64,000 bases of DNA. Origin: Candidatus Multivoradales bacterium. GTDB lineage: Bacteria; Acidobacteriota; Thermoanaerobaculia; Multivoradales; JAHEKO01. Position 1 is the stretch's first letter. Every line of letters begins with the position of its first letter. Both the position numbers and the translations under genes were made by a program. The notes beneath the pieces were generated by a model, which did no database searches, was not told the origin of the DNA, and saw only the letters and a list, made by a program, of their open reading frames with translations. The stretch is from positions 2,336,001 to 2,400,000 of the forward strand of contig CBDFIJ010000004.1 in NCBI GenBank assembly GCA_965248055.1, written 5' to 3'. Shown here piece by piece: positions 29,622-39,221 of this stretch.

Positions 29622-30794
29622 CTAGGCCACCGCCTGACAAACCGGTTGATACAAAGTATCTCGCTCGACCGGCTCGAACCCAGCCTCGCGTACCACCCGT
29701 TCGAGTTCGCGTCGTGACAATGCTTGGCCCGAGTCAGCTCCCGCCATCTGGTAGATGTGCTCTTCCACCACCGTACCGTCGATATCGTCTGCGCCGAAAC
29801 TGAGAGCTACCTGCGCCAACTTGGGACCGATCATCACCCAATAAGCTTTGATGTGCGGGAAGTTATCCAGCACCAGTCGAGACACTGCGATATGGCGCAG
29901 GTCGTCAATCCCAGTGGTGTGGAACTGCAAGCCCATGTAGTTGTTTTCCGGATGGTAGGCGAGCGGAATGAAGGCGTTGAAGCCAGGCGCCTGGTCTTCC
30001 AGATCGCGCAGCTGCATCAAGTGATCGACCTTGTGCTCAATTCCCTCAACGTGGCCATAGAGCATGGTGGCGTTGGTGCGGATACCCATGTTGTGGGCGA
30101 CCCGATGCACCTCGATCCACTCCTCGGCGTCCAGCTTACCGTTGCAGATCTCAGCCCGTACGTCAGGATGGAAGATCTCGGCACCGCCACCCGGCAGCGA
30201 GCCTAAACCGGCGTCGCGAAGTTGCTCCAGAACCTGCTCGATCGACAGGTTGGCGATCTTGGCGAACCAACCGATTTCGATCGCGGTGAACGCTTTCAAA
30301 TGCACCGAAGGAAACCGCTGTTTCAAGCCGCGTATCATTTCCAGATACCACTCGAAGGAAAGATCGGGGTGCAGCCCACCGACGATGTGAAATTCGGTAA
30401 CCTGCTCGCCACCTTGCTTGGCGGCGTGCTCATAGACCTGATCGTGGGTCATTGCCCAGGCGTGGTCTTCGTCGTTGAGCGCTGCAAAACTGCAGAACTT
30501 ACAGTCGTAGGTGTAGACACAGACGTTGGTTGGGTTGATGTGCCGATTGATATTGAAATAGGCGTTGTTGCCGTGTCTCTGGCGGCGCACCGCGTCGGCG
30601 ATTCGCCCCAAAGCGAGCACGTTGGGTGTGGTCAGAGCCAGTGTAGCGTCCGCGGAATCGAGGCGCTCACCCGCCACAACCTTGGCAGCAATCGTTTGCA
30701 GATCCCTGGGGAAGTCTTGGGGTTTGATCTTGGGCTGCACGGTAGATTGAGCGGCGGTTGGCAATGGTCCAAATGGGGAGCCAGAGTATAGCAA
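29622..30794 (-). CDS. mqnE: Aminofutalosine synthase (radical SAM); true start probably downstream of 30794
   Basis: HINPTNVC, EFHIVGGLHP, LPGGGAEIF, NATMLYGH, HIKAYWVM, FGADDIDGT. Confidence 0.88.
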   Translation of the reverse strand: MLYSGSPFGPLPTAAQSTVQPKIKPQDFPRDLQTIAAKVVAGERLDSADATLALTTPNVLALGRIADAVRRQRHGNNAYFNINRHINPTNVCVYTYDCKFCSFAALNDEDHAWAMTHDQVYEHAAKQGGEQVTEFHIVGGLHPDLSFEWYLEMIRGLKQRFPSVHLKAFTAIEIGWFAKIANLSIEQVLEQLRDAGLGSLPGGGAEIFHPDVRAEICNGKLDAEEWIEVHRVAHNMGIRTNATMLYGHVEGIEHKVDHLMQLRDLEDQAPGFNAFIPLAYHPENNYMGLQFHTTGIDDLRHIAVSRLVLDNFPHIKAYWVMIGPKLAQVALSFGADDIDGTVVEEHIYQMAGADSGQALSRRELERVVREAGFEPVERDTLYQPVCQAVA

Positions 30795-30865
30795 CGGTAA
30801 AGAGGCCGATTGTTTTTGAGATCTACTCTATGTCACGCTGTCGGCATTTGAAGCTAGGAGGTTAT

Positions 30866-31288
30866 GTGACGTCAACAATCCTGATGGCTACAAGTGCTGG
30901 GATCATTCTTACTCTCGGTCTTGTCCATCTGATCTACACTTTCTGGGGACCGAAACTTCGACCTCGCGACTCTGATCTTCAGCTCAAGATGAGCCAGGTC
31001 TCGCCTGTTATCACCCAGGAAACAACCATGTGGCGAGCCTGGGTTGGCTTCAATGCCAGTCATAGCATGGGTGCGATCTTGTTCGGGCTGGTTTACGGCG
31101 TTCTCGCTATTGGGCATGCTGACTTGCTATTCGGGTCTTCCTATTTACTTGTCGTTGGCTTGATCATGCTGATTGGCTATTGGGCGCTTGCCAAACGCTA
31201 TTGGTTTAGTGCGCCGTTTGTGGGAATTAGCATTGGGTTGGTCTGCTACGTGGCAAGCACTGTCTTTGCGACCCAAGGTAGATCTTGA
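30866..31288 (+). CDS. Hypothetical membrane protein
   Basis: GGAGG RBS; four hydrophobic segments; WRAWVGFNASHSMGA. Confidence 0.75.
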   Translation: MTSTILMATSAGIILTLGLVHLIYTFWGPKLRPRDSDLQLKMSQVSPVITQETTMWRAWVGFNASHSMGAILFGLVYGVLAIGHADLLFGSSYLLVVGLIMLIGYWALAKRYWFSAPFVGISIGLVCYVASTVFATQGRS

Positions 31289-31294
31289 GTTGAA

Positions 31295-31834
31295 ATGGCG
31301 ACGGCTTTCTCACATCCAGCTATTGCCTTGGCCTTGCGTTTGGTCGGCGGATCAAGGGTTGTTTCGCGGCGATTGTTGATCGCTGCTGCGATCTGTACCG
31401 TGTTGCCGGACGTTGATGCGATCGGATATTGGTTGGGCGTGCCCTACCAGCACCTGTTCGGTCACCGAGGGTTGACGCACTCTGTGTTTTTTGCGGTCGC
31501 AGTCGGTTGGGCGGCTTCTCGTTACTCGGCTTTTCTCGGGGTGACGCGCAAGGCGGCTTTTTGGGTGATCATGGTGGCTACCGCATCTCACGGTTTGCTC
31601 GATGCCTTCACCAATGGGGGGCTGGGAGTCGCGTTCTTGAGCCCGTTTTCCAACCAGCGATGGTTCTTTCCTTGGAAGCCGATTGTCGTGTCGCCGATCA
31701 GCATCAGTGGCTTTTTCGAACCGCGGTCCTGGTCGGTTTTGGCGTCGGAGTTGGCGTGGATATGGTTGCCCGCAGTTTCGATTGGATTGCTGCTGGGGGC
31801 GTTACGCTCTACGGGTTACCCGAGTTCGCGCTAG
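31295..31834 (+). CDS. YdjM/YbcI-like inner-membrane metal-dependent hydrolase
   Basis: LPDVD, GHRGLTHS, SHGLLDAFTNGGLGV. Confidence 0.9.
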   Translation: MATAFSHPAIALALRLVGGSRVVSRRLLIAAAICTVLPDVDAIGYWLGVPYQHLFGHRGLTHSVFFAVAVGWAASRYSAFLGVTRKAAFWVIMVATASHGLLDAFTNGGLGVAFLSPFSNQRWFFPWKPIVVSPISISGFFEPRSWSVLASELAWIWLPAVSIGLLLGALRSTGYPSSR

Positions 31835-31866
31835 CTCAAGAAGTGTGGTGTTGGGAGTTGGGGTAG

Positions 31867-32346
31867 CTACCAAACACTTTCGTAGCCGTCCGCGAGGAGG
31901 TCGAATCTTGAATTGAAGACGTGAACGCGCCTCGATTTCTCGCCATTCTTGTCGACAAAGGAACCCCCTGCGTGCGACCAAGAAAGAACAGAACCGGGCA
32001 TGTTGTGAGCGTCAATACCGCGCGCACGTAGTGCAGCTGTTTGCTGTCCGCTACGTCCACCGATGGTGCAATAACAAACGATCGTTGCGTCTGGGTTGTC
32101 GTTGGTGTTGGCCTTGAGCTGGTCCAAGGTGACGGCATCAGGGATCATAGAAACTTGCCGTTCTTTCGGAGCACGTACGTCGATCAATAGAAACTCCTCG
32201 CCGGCATTTTGGCGATCAATGACCTCTTCAGCGGTGATCTCGGGTACCCCGGCAAATGCGCGATCCCTGGTACTGCGATACATGGCGTCGATCTGCGCGC
32301 GTTTCTGTTCATTGGTCATCTGCGAGTATTTTTTGCGAAACAACAT
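31867..32346 (-). CDS. Rhodanese-like domain protein (ORF track start 32685 overlaps the next gene)
   Basis: LLIDVR...ERQVSMIP...YCTIGGRS. Confidence 0.85.
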   Translation of the reverse strand: MLFRKKYSQMTNEQKRAQIDAMYRSTRDRAFAGVPEITAEEVIDRQNAGEEFLLIDVRAPKERQVSMIPDAVTLDQLKANTNDNPDATIVCYCTIGGRSGQQTAALRARGIDAHNMPGSVLSWSHAGGSFVDKNGEKSRRVHVFNSRFDLLADGYESVW

Positions 32347-32452
32347 AAGATCTCCCAGGGTCACGGCTTGGCGTCGAATGCGGCCTAAGGTGAAGAAAGT
32401 ATATGGTGAGTTCGCTAGGTTGTTGTGAAGGAAGTCGATCAAGTTGAGGACT

Positions 32453-33592
32453 ATGATGGCGGACAAGAGAGAAATGGTTCTGGTGGGAGGTGGGCATGCC
32501 CATGTGCAGGTGCTCAAAGAGTTTGCCGACGCCCCGCCCGTTAATTGCAACATCACGGTGGTGGTCGACGACCCGGTAGCCATGTATTCCGGTATGGCTC
32601 CGGGCTTTGTGGCGGGGCAGTATTCCCGCGAGGAGCTGGAAATCGACGTCCGCCCCCTGGCTCGTCTGGCGAAAGCCGAAGTCATCGTGGCCCGTTGTGA
32701 AAGCGTTGACCCAGAACGGCAATTACTGCACCTGGCGGTTCGAAAACCGCTTCGCTACGACATAGCGTCGTTCAATATCGGTTCGACGGTGTTGGGCTTG
32801 GAGTTACCGGGTGTTCGGCAACACGCTCTGGCGACGCGCCCGTTGAGTGGACTGGTGGGCGGAATCGCGCAGCTTATCGAACGTGCGCACGCCCACCAGG
32901 GCGATCAGCCCTTTCATATTGTTGTTGTCGGTGGTGGTGTCGGAGGTGTCGAGTTGGCGTTTGCCGTCGAGGCCCGACTTGAGAATGAAATCGGTCGTGC
33001 AGTGCAGGTCACGCTTCTCGACAGCGGCGAGCGCATCCTTCCGCGTTACCCGGATGCACTGGTCCACCGCATTCAGCGTATGGCTGATAAGCGGGGGATA
33101 ACCCTGCGCATGGGCGAACGAGTGACCGCCGTCCATCAAAACCACGTTGCACTCAAGAGTGGCGAGCAACTGAATTCGAATGCCATTCTTTGGGTTACCG
33201 GGCCGACCAGCCATCCGGTGTTCACCCGATCACCTGGGATCGAAACCGACGATCGTGGTTTCGCGTTGATGCGGTCAACGCTGCAGCTCGACGGCTACGA
33301 CAATCTCTTCGCGGTTGGCGACTGCGGCACCTTGATCGACTATCCCAAGACCCCAAAGGCCGGAGTCTACGCGGTGCGCGAAGGGCCGTTTATCACCCAC
33401 AACCTAAAAGCGTTGGTAGCAGGTGAACCGCTGCGCGAGTACCTGCCGCAGGGAGACTTCTTGACCTTGCTCAACCTCGGCCATGGTTATGCGGTGGGAG
33501 CCAAGTGGGGAGTCACCTTCGGCGGCAAATGGGTGATGCGCTGGAAGGACAGCATCGACCGCAAGTTCATGACTCGGTTTCAAGTGCTGTAG
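32453..33592 (+). CDS. FAD-dependent pyridine nucleotide-disulfide oxidoreductase, resembling the N-terminal domain of fused SelD
   Basis: LVGGGHAHVQV, YSGMAPG, FAVGDC, PKAGVYAVR, WKDSIDRKFM. Confidence 0.87.
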   Translation: MMADKREMVLVGGGHAHVQVLKEFADAPPVNCNITVVVDDPVAMYSGMAPGFVAGQYSREELEIDVRPLARLAKAEVIVARCESVDPERQLLHLAVRKPLRYDIASFNIGSTVLGLELPGVRQHALATRPLSGLVGGIAQLIERAHAHQGDQPFHIVVVGGGVGGVELAFAVEARLENEIGRAVQVTLLDSGERILPRYPDALVHRIQRMADKRGITLRMGERVTAVHQNHVALKSGEQLNSNAILWVTGPTSHPVFTRSPGIETDDRGFALMRSTLQLDGYDNLFAVGDCGTLIDYPKTPKAGVYAVREGPFITHNLKALVAGEPLREYLPQGDFLTLLNLGHGYAVGAKWGVTFGGKWVMRWKDSIDRKFMTRFQVL

Positions 33593-33697
33593 ATGGCGCG
33601 GACCCTCAGTTCAGTCTGATGGCCACAGGATACTTATTTGGCAAGCAACCGAGAAGCAGAGCTGTGTACCCTGTCGCCGATTTAGAGGCATGAACTC

Positions 33698-34345
33698 ATG
33701 ATACATCTGCAAGAGAGTAGAAGGACCCAGCTTCTGATCGCGGCTGCGGTTGGCTGTGTTCTCGCTGTGGTGCTACCTCTTTCGAGCATGCAGAAGGGCG
33801 TTCTTATCCTCATCGGTGGCGCGGCGGGCGTTAGCCTAGGTGTCTACTATTGGCGTCGGCTGGAAGAGCGTATCGACACTCGAAATACGCTCATCACTTA
33901 CTTCGCTGATTCCCCGTTTTACCTGCTTGTGGTTTTTCTTGGCGTGGGCATGCTCCTCCCACGAAGCCTGTTCCAGTTCGGCGAGTTATTGGTTTTGTTT
34001 CCCCAGGCTTTTGAAGCTGCACTTCTTCTGGTGGTGGCTTGCTGGGTTGCCTATGAGGCGGTGCTATTTCGCTCGGTGAAGCGTTACGAAGAGAATCATG
34101 GAGCAATCAAAACTAAGGCGTTCTACGCTCGAAGCTCGACGGGACTCGAGGGAATGCATGGTCGAGAGGCGACGGTTGTGCGCAGATGTGCGCCGATCGG
34201 CAAGGTGAGCCTTGGGCCGGAGCTTTGGGATGCGGAGTCGATCGATGGGCGACCGCTAGAGGAAGGACAGCGAACAGAGATTCGCGACATCGAAGGCCTG
34301 CGCCTAGTCGTTGAAGCGTCCAGCGCCGCTGACCGACTCTCTTAG
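33698..34345 (+). CDS. Membrane protein with C-terminal NfeD-like OB domain
   Basis: Hydrophobic N-half; TGLEGMHG...GKVSLGPELWDA...IEGLRLVV. Confidence 0.75.
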   Translation: MIHLQESRRTQLLIAAAVGCVLAVVLPLSSMQKGVLILIGGAAGVSLGVYYWRRLEERIDTRNTLITYFADSPFYLLVVFLGVGMLLPRSLFQFGELLVLFPQAFEAALLLVVACWVAYEAVLFRSVKRYEENHGAIKTKAFYARSSTGLEGMHGREATVVRRCAPIGKVSLGPELWDAESIDGRPLEEGQRTEIRDIEGLRLVVEASSAADRLS

Positions 34346-34450
34346 ACCAGCCTCTCTAGAGGGTCTCCTAAACAAAACCACACACTGCGGAGCTAATCAT
34401 AGGAGCAGCGCAGGATTTTTCTGCGGTTGCAGATTCCGAAGGAGAAGATC

Positions 34451-34723
34451 ATGAATCTCATCTATGCAGCTGTTTCTTTGCTTGTTGGTTGGTGTGGAAC
34501 GCCATGGCCTATTCGATGGCCGATTCCGATCCCACCCCGACCTGAACCAGATCCACCATGTCCAGTTTGCGGAAACGTGGTTAGTGCTCTGGGCGGTTTA
34601 ATCGGTGGATTCCTGGTTACCCAACTAGTTCCGAACGAGGTCTCGCTGGTGAGCGTCGCGATCGGTTCCTTTGTTGTGGCGCGGATCGCTGGCGACCTAT
34701 ACAGCCTCGTTTCAAGGAAATAG
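34451..34723 (+). CDS. Small Pro/Cys-rich membrane protein
   Basis: GGAG RBS; GWCGTPWPIRWPIPIPP...CPVCG; two glycine-rich TM helices. Confidence 0.7.
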   Translation: MNLIYAAVSLLVGWCGTPWPIRWPIPIPPRPEPDPPCPVCGNVVSALGGLIGGFLVTQLVPNEVSLVSVAIGSFVVARIAGDLYSLVSRK

Positions 34724-34847
34724 CCAAATAGGGGAAGAAGACTGGGCGCACGTGCGGGTGCGACATGAGTCCGATACAGGTCTCCACCATCTGTGAGGCT
34801 CAGGCATCGGATCTTTGAGTACGAAGAAAAGCGGCAGGCAAAGCCCG

Positions 34848-36216
34848 GAGATATAACCGAAAGTTGTGTATGAGAGTTTGAAGGCGGCGTATCCTGAGCC
34901 CGGTTTTCAAAGCTGGGTTCAATCATCCCAAAAGGAGGATACGCCGTTGAGCAAGAGTAACGTAGTTTCAATCGATCACGTAGAACGTCCTGAGGACGCT
35001 CTGAGTGAGGTCTTGCGCCGAGGTTCACGGTTGCTTCTTTGCGAAGCAATCGAGGCAGAGGTGGAGAGTTTTTTGGTTGAGTACCAAGATCACCGTACGG
35101 CGGTCGGTCACCGGCGGTTGGTGAGAAACGGCTACATGCCAGAGCGGGAGATCCAGACCGGAATCGGCGGCATTTCGGTCAAAGTGCCACGGGTGCGGGA
35201 TCGCCAGGGTGAGCTTCATTTTCGCTCCAATCTAGTACCACCGTATCTGCGCCGGTCCAAGAGCATCGCGGATCTCTTGCCCTGGCTATACTTACGGGGG
35301 ATTTCTACCGGGGACTTCTCACGAGCTCTGGAAGCTTTGGTGGGCCCTGAAGCGCCAGGTCTTTCGTCTTCGACGGTGAGCCGCCTCAAACGCGTCTGGG
35401 GCCAGGAGTACAGCGAATGGCGGCAGCGCGATCTTTCGTCCAAGCGCTACGTCTATGTATGGGCTGACGGCATTTACTGCAAGGCTCGCCTGGATAACGC
35501 CAAGCTCTGCTTGCTGGTGTTAATTGGTGCCACTGCGGACGGCAACAAAGAACTGATCGCTGTTGAAGACGGTTACCGGGAGAGTGAGGCGTCATGGCTG
35601 GAGCTGTTGCGAGGCCTGGAAGCAAGAGGCCTTACATTCGAGCCTAAGATCGCAATCGGTGACGGCAATCTGGGTTTCTGGAAGGCTCTGGCTCAGGTGT
35701 GGGGAAATACCAAGACCCAGCGCTGCTGGGTCCACAAGACGGCCAACGTCTTGAATAAGCTCCCCAAGGCGATCCAGCCCAAGGCCAAGCAGGCAATCCA
35801 CCAAATCTGGATGGCGCAGACACGTCACGATGCCGAGAGGGCTTTTGATGCATTCCAGGCAATCTACCAAGCTAAATATCCGAAAGCAGTCCAGTGCTTG
35901 GTCAAAGATCGCGTCCAGCTACTCGCTTTCTACGATTTCCCGGCTGAGCACTGGGTGCATTTGAGGACCACCAACCCAATCGAATCAACTTTTGCTACCG
36001 TACGCTTGAGAACCTCCAAAACCCGGGGCTGTCTGTCGCGAGAAACCATGCTCTCGATGGTCTTCAAGCTGTGCCAAAGCGCAGAAAAACGATGGCGGAG
36101 GCTACAGGGCTACAGGCGCATTGCCGAAGTCGTTGAAGGTCTCCAGTTCGTGGACGGAGAAAAACAAAAACAGATCGCCGCCTGATGGCTCAATACACAA
36201 CTTTTGACAATAACTC
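34848..36216 (+). mobile_element. IS256-family element with 9-bp target duplication CAAAGCCCG
   Basis: IRs GAGATATAACCGAAAGTTGTGTA / GAGTTATTGTCAAAAGTTGTGTA; duplication at 34839-34847 and 36217-36225. Confidence 0.9.
34947..36185 (+). CDS. IS256-family transposase
   Basis: YVWADG, IGDGNLGFW, QRCWVHK, RTTNPIESTF; AGGAGG before TTG 34947. Confidence 0.93.
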   Translation: MSKSNVVSIDHVERPEDALSEVLRRGSRLLLCEAIEAEVESFLVEYQDHRTAVGHRRLVRNGYMPEREIQTGIGGISVKVPRVRDRQGELHFRSNLVPPYLRRSKSIADLLPWLYLRGISTGDFSRALEALVGPEAPGLSSSTVSRLKRVWGQEYSEWRQRDLSSKRYVYVWADGIYCKARLDNAKLCLLVLIGATADGNKELIAVEDGYRESEASWLELLRGLEARGLTFEPKIAIGDGNLGFWKALAQVWGNTKTQRCWVHKTANVLNKLPKAIQPKAKQAIHQIWMAQTRHDAERAFDAFQAIYQAKYPKAVQCLVKDRVQLLAFYDFPAEHWVHLRTTNPIESTFATVRLRTSKTRGCLSRETMLSMVFKLCQSAEKRWRRLQGYRRIAEVVEGLQFVDGEKQKQIAA

Positions 36217-36256
36217 CAAAGCCCGCCGCTTTGAACGAACGAACTTGCCTACTTGT

Positions 36257-36711
36257 CTACTCTTCTGAGGGTGGACTTGGGTGACGTTGCGTCGCCGCCA
36301 TGTAGACCCGCGAAGAGTCACAATCCATCACGCCTCCAAATAGCTCACCTGCCTTCTCATAGCTACCGGCAGCGTGCTGATCCCAGTCCGTGCCCTGTGT
36401 CTTAAAGTTGGCGTGGGTGGAGACGTACTTGAAGTCGAACTCCTCACCGCCACCACCGTAGGCCGGCATGAAGGCCCAAATGCCTCCTGTGGAACCGTTC
36501 TCGCCCTTGTACTCAGCCCAGGATGCCATTGCGGGTGCGACATCGTTAAAGCTCTTACCTTCGGCGATGGTGCAGTCGGAAAACGACATCACGAAGTTGT
36601 CCGGTGGCGGACCGACTGGATCCTTGAACGGGATCGCCGCAAAATTGCTGTGGTTAGAGCAGGTGGAAAGTTCATTCCACTCTGCCGCGCTCTCGGAGCC
36701 GTTTGCTGCAG
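36257..36711 (-). pseudogene. 5'-truncated hypothetical gene cut by the RAYT array
   Basis: Frame stays open upstream of the ORF-track start (AANGSESAAEWNELSTCSNH...) until it meets the repeat at 36712. Confidence 0.6.
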
Positions 36712-37127
36712 CAGTTGTTAGGTTCAGTTGTTAGGTTCCAGGCGAATATTGGGAGTTGTTTATCCCTCCGGAATCGGCTTTGTATTTCGCCGCCCTGGGA
36801 CGTCAGTTCAGGGTATATGTCTTTGTCGCCCAGTTTTCCCGGAAGTTTGCCACCCACTGGGTAGTGGCTGTTGCCTGTTATTGCTGCAGTAGCTCTGGCT
36901 AGTTAGGTCCAGGCGAATTTTGAGAGTCGCTATTCCTACAGAATCGACTTGTTTTTCGCCGCCCTGGGGCATCAGTTTGGAGTGACTGTCTTTGTTGCCA
37001 GGTTTTTTTGGAGGTTTGCCACCAACTGGGTAGTGGCTGTTGCCTGTTATTGCGACCTACCGACGCAGTCGTGCCCCACTAGGCGAGACTAGTGTCGTGT
37101 GGGAAGAAGTTGTTCCAGAGATAGCGC

Positions 37128-37874
37128 CTAGGTTGGGACAAAGGGTCTCGGCGGTGGGAACGATCCTTCCGGGAACGCGACGAGCAGATTCCCAGCTTTG
37201 AGTTGCCTGGAAGCCTCACGGTAGGCAGTGACGAACCAGCAGTAAGCCTCGTAGAGGAGCTTTCTGGCGACTTTGGTTGTGCAATGGAACAGCGGGGCTG
37301 GAGAGCGTTTGAGTTTTGCTGGACGTTGAGTAGGAGAGGGATTTGGGAGGTTCCCGACGCTTATGTCTGTGCATTCTTGCTGCACAAGTTCGATGAGCTC
37401 TTGCACCCGTTTGCTAATCCAACCAGCACTCCTGTCGGCCCAGCACGGAAGGGGTGTTAGATGGATCCGTTCTACTGAGCGAAAGACAAGTCCTTTCTGG
37501 TTTGACGCCAGGGCGTGAAACTCGCGGGTGCGGTTGCGCCAGTGCCCGGTCAGAACCGTTTGTTTCTTGAGAAGAGTTTGAGTGGACTGGGTTCCTGGCC
37601 ACCTCGCGGGGTGAGAAACCAATCCCTCTTTGACACCCTGGCTGAGGATGTATTTCATCCGGCTCTCGTGTGCTGGTTCCTCATCACTGACAATGATTGC
37701 CTGGTACCTTTTGGACCAGAACCTGTCGGTCCAGTCGTGCATCCTGCCCAGTTCCCGGGCCACGTTGCTATTGAGATAGCCGACGAAATTGGCCATGCGT
37801 TGGGCGTCAGGGATTGACATAAGGAGGTGGTAGTGATTCGACATGAACACGAATGCATGGATTTCGACAGGATA
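37128..37874 (-). pseudogene. 5'-truncated RAYT-like transposase, near-identical to 38106-38996 from YPVEIH onward
   Basis: Direct comparison; homology stops at GGATAC/CTAG, 37875. Confidence 0.88.
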
Positions 37875-38105
37875 CTAGTTGTTAGGTCCAGGCGAATTTT
37901 GAGAGTCGTTATTCCTACGGAATTGACTTGTGTTTCGCCGCCCTGGGACATCAGTTTGGACTGACTGTTTTTGTTGCCAGATTTTTTGGAGGTTTGCCAC
38001 CCACTGGGCAGTGGTTGTTGCCTGTTTTGACGACCTACAGACGCAGTCGTACTCCACTAGGTGAGACTAGTGTGGTGTGGGAAGAAGTTGTTCCAAAGAT
38101 AGCGC

Positions 38106-38996
38106 TTAGGTTGGGACAAAGGGTCTCGGCGGTGGGAACGATCCTTCCGGGAACGCGACGAGCAGATTCCCAGCTTTGAGTTGCCGAGAAGCCTCACGGT
38201 AGGCAGTAACGAACCAGCAGTAAGCCTCGTAGAGGAGCTTCCTGGCGACTTTGGTTGTGCAATGAAACAGCGGCGCTGGAGAGCGTTTGAGTCTTGCTGG
38301 ACGTTGAGTAGGAGAGGGATTTGGGAGGTTCCCGACGCTTATGTCGGCGCATTCTTGCTGCACAAGTTCGATGAGCTCTTGCACACGTTTGCTAATCCAA
38401 CCAGCACTCCTGTTGGCCCAGCACGGAAGGGGTGTTAGATGGATCCGTTCTATCGAGCGAAAGACAAGTCCTTTCTGGATTGACCCCAGGGCGTGGAATT
38501 CGCGGGTGCGGTTGCGCCAGTGCCCGGTCAGAACCGTTTGTTTCTTGAGAAAAGTTTGAGTGGACTGGGCTCCTGGCCACATCGCGGGGTGAGAAACTAA
38601 TCCCTCTTTGACACCCTGGCTGAGGATGTATTTCATCCGGCTCTCGTGTGCGGGCTCCTCATCACTGACAATGATTGCCTGGTACCTCCTGGACCAAAAC
38701 CTGTCGGTCCAATCGTGCATCCTGCCCAGTTCTCGGGCCACGTTGCTATTGAGATAGCCGACGAAATTGGCCATGCGTTGGGCGTCAGGGACCGATATAA
38801 GGAGGTGGTAGTGATTCGACATGAACACGAATGCATGGATTTCGACAGGATACAATCTCTGTGCACGACCCAGGACTCCCTGAATCAGGTCATTAGTGGC
38901 TGGCGATGGTTTTAGAAGATAGCGACCTTGGATGGTGCGGCAGGTGACTTCAACCAAAGCCCCGCCATGCGGAATGAATCGAAGACGACGGCTCAT
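38106..38996 (-). CDS. RAYT-like Y1 HUH transposase
   Basis: VEVTCRT, HUH motif MSNHYH, FWSRRY, catalytic-Tyr region KYILSQGVKEGLV...WPG. Confidence 0.88.
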   Translation of the reverse strand: MSRRLRFIPHGGALVEVTCRTIQGRYLLKPSPATNDLIQGVLGRAQRLYPVEIHAFVFMSNHYHLLISVPDAQRMANFVGYLNSNVARELGRMHDWTDRFWSRRYQAIIVSDEEPAHESRMKYILSQGVKEGLVSHPAMWPGAQSTQTFLKKQTVLTGHWRNRTREFHALGSIQKGLVFRSIERIHLTPLPCWANRSAGWISKRVQELIELVQQECADISVGNLPNPSPTQRPARLKRSPAPLFHCTTKVARKLLYEAYCWFVTAYREASRQLKAGNLLVAFPEGSFPPPRPFVPT

Positions 38997-39044
38997 GGAA
39001 ACAAGAGACGCAAACCGAGTTTTCTAACTTGCAATAATTCGGGT

Positions 39045-39112
39045 GGTACCTAATCTGCTGGTACCTAATCTGTACCTAATCTGTAGAGGTTCAAGGTACT
39101 TGGTACTGGTAC
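39045..39112 (+). repeat. Short direct repeats at the upstream end of the RAYT element
   Basis: GTACCTAATCTG x3 (39046, 39061, 39072) followed by three more GGTAC units. Confidence 0.85.
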
Positions 39113-39221
39113 CAAAATTGGCTCGATCGGGTTCTAGAGTTGTGTGCGAGCGACGGTGATCGCTATCGCGAGCGACCCACAAACCCATAGAAGCTTGTGG
39201 TATGGAATAGAGTCAGAGTCC

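Larger units (their letters stand above)
36712..39112 (-). mobile_element. Tandem array of RAYT-like (Y1 HUH) elements: full copy 37875-~39057, 5'-truncated copy 36899-37874, end-only copy 36725-36884
   Basis: Three homologous segments all begin (TTG)TTAGGT(T)CCAGGCGAA on the + strand. Confidence 0.8.

Noticed and set aside
36712-38105. Repeats considered as a CRISPR array
   Set aside because: Units are long homologous element ends with no unique spacers, and no cas genes are present
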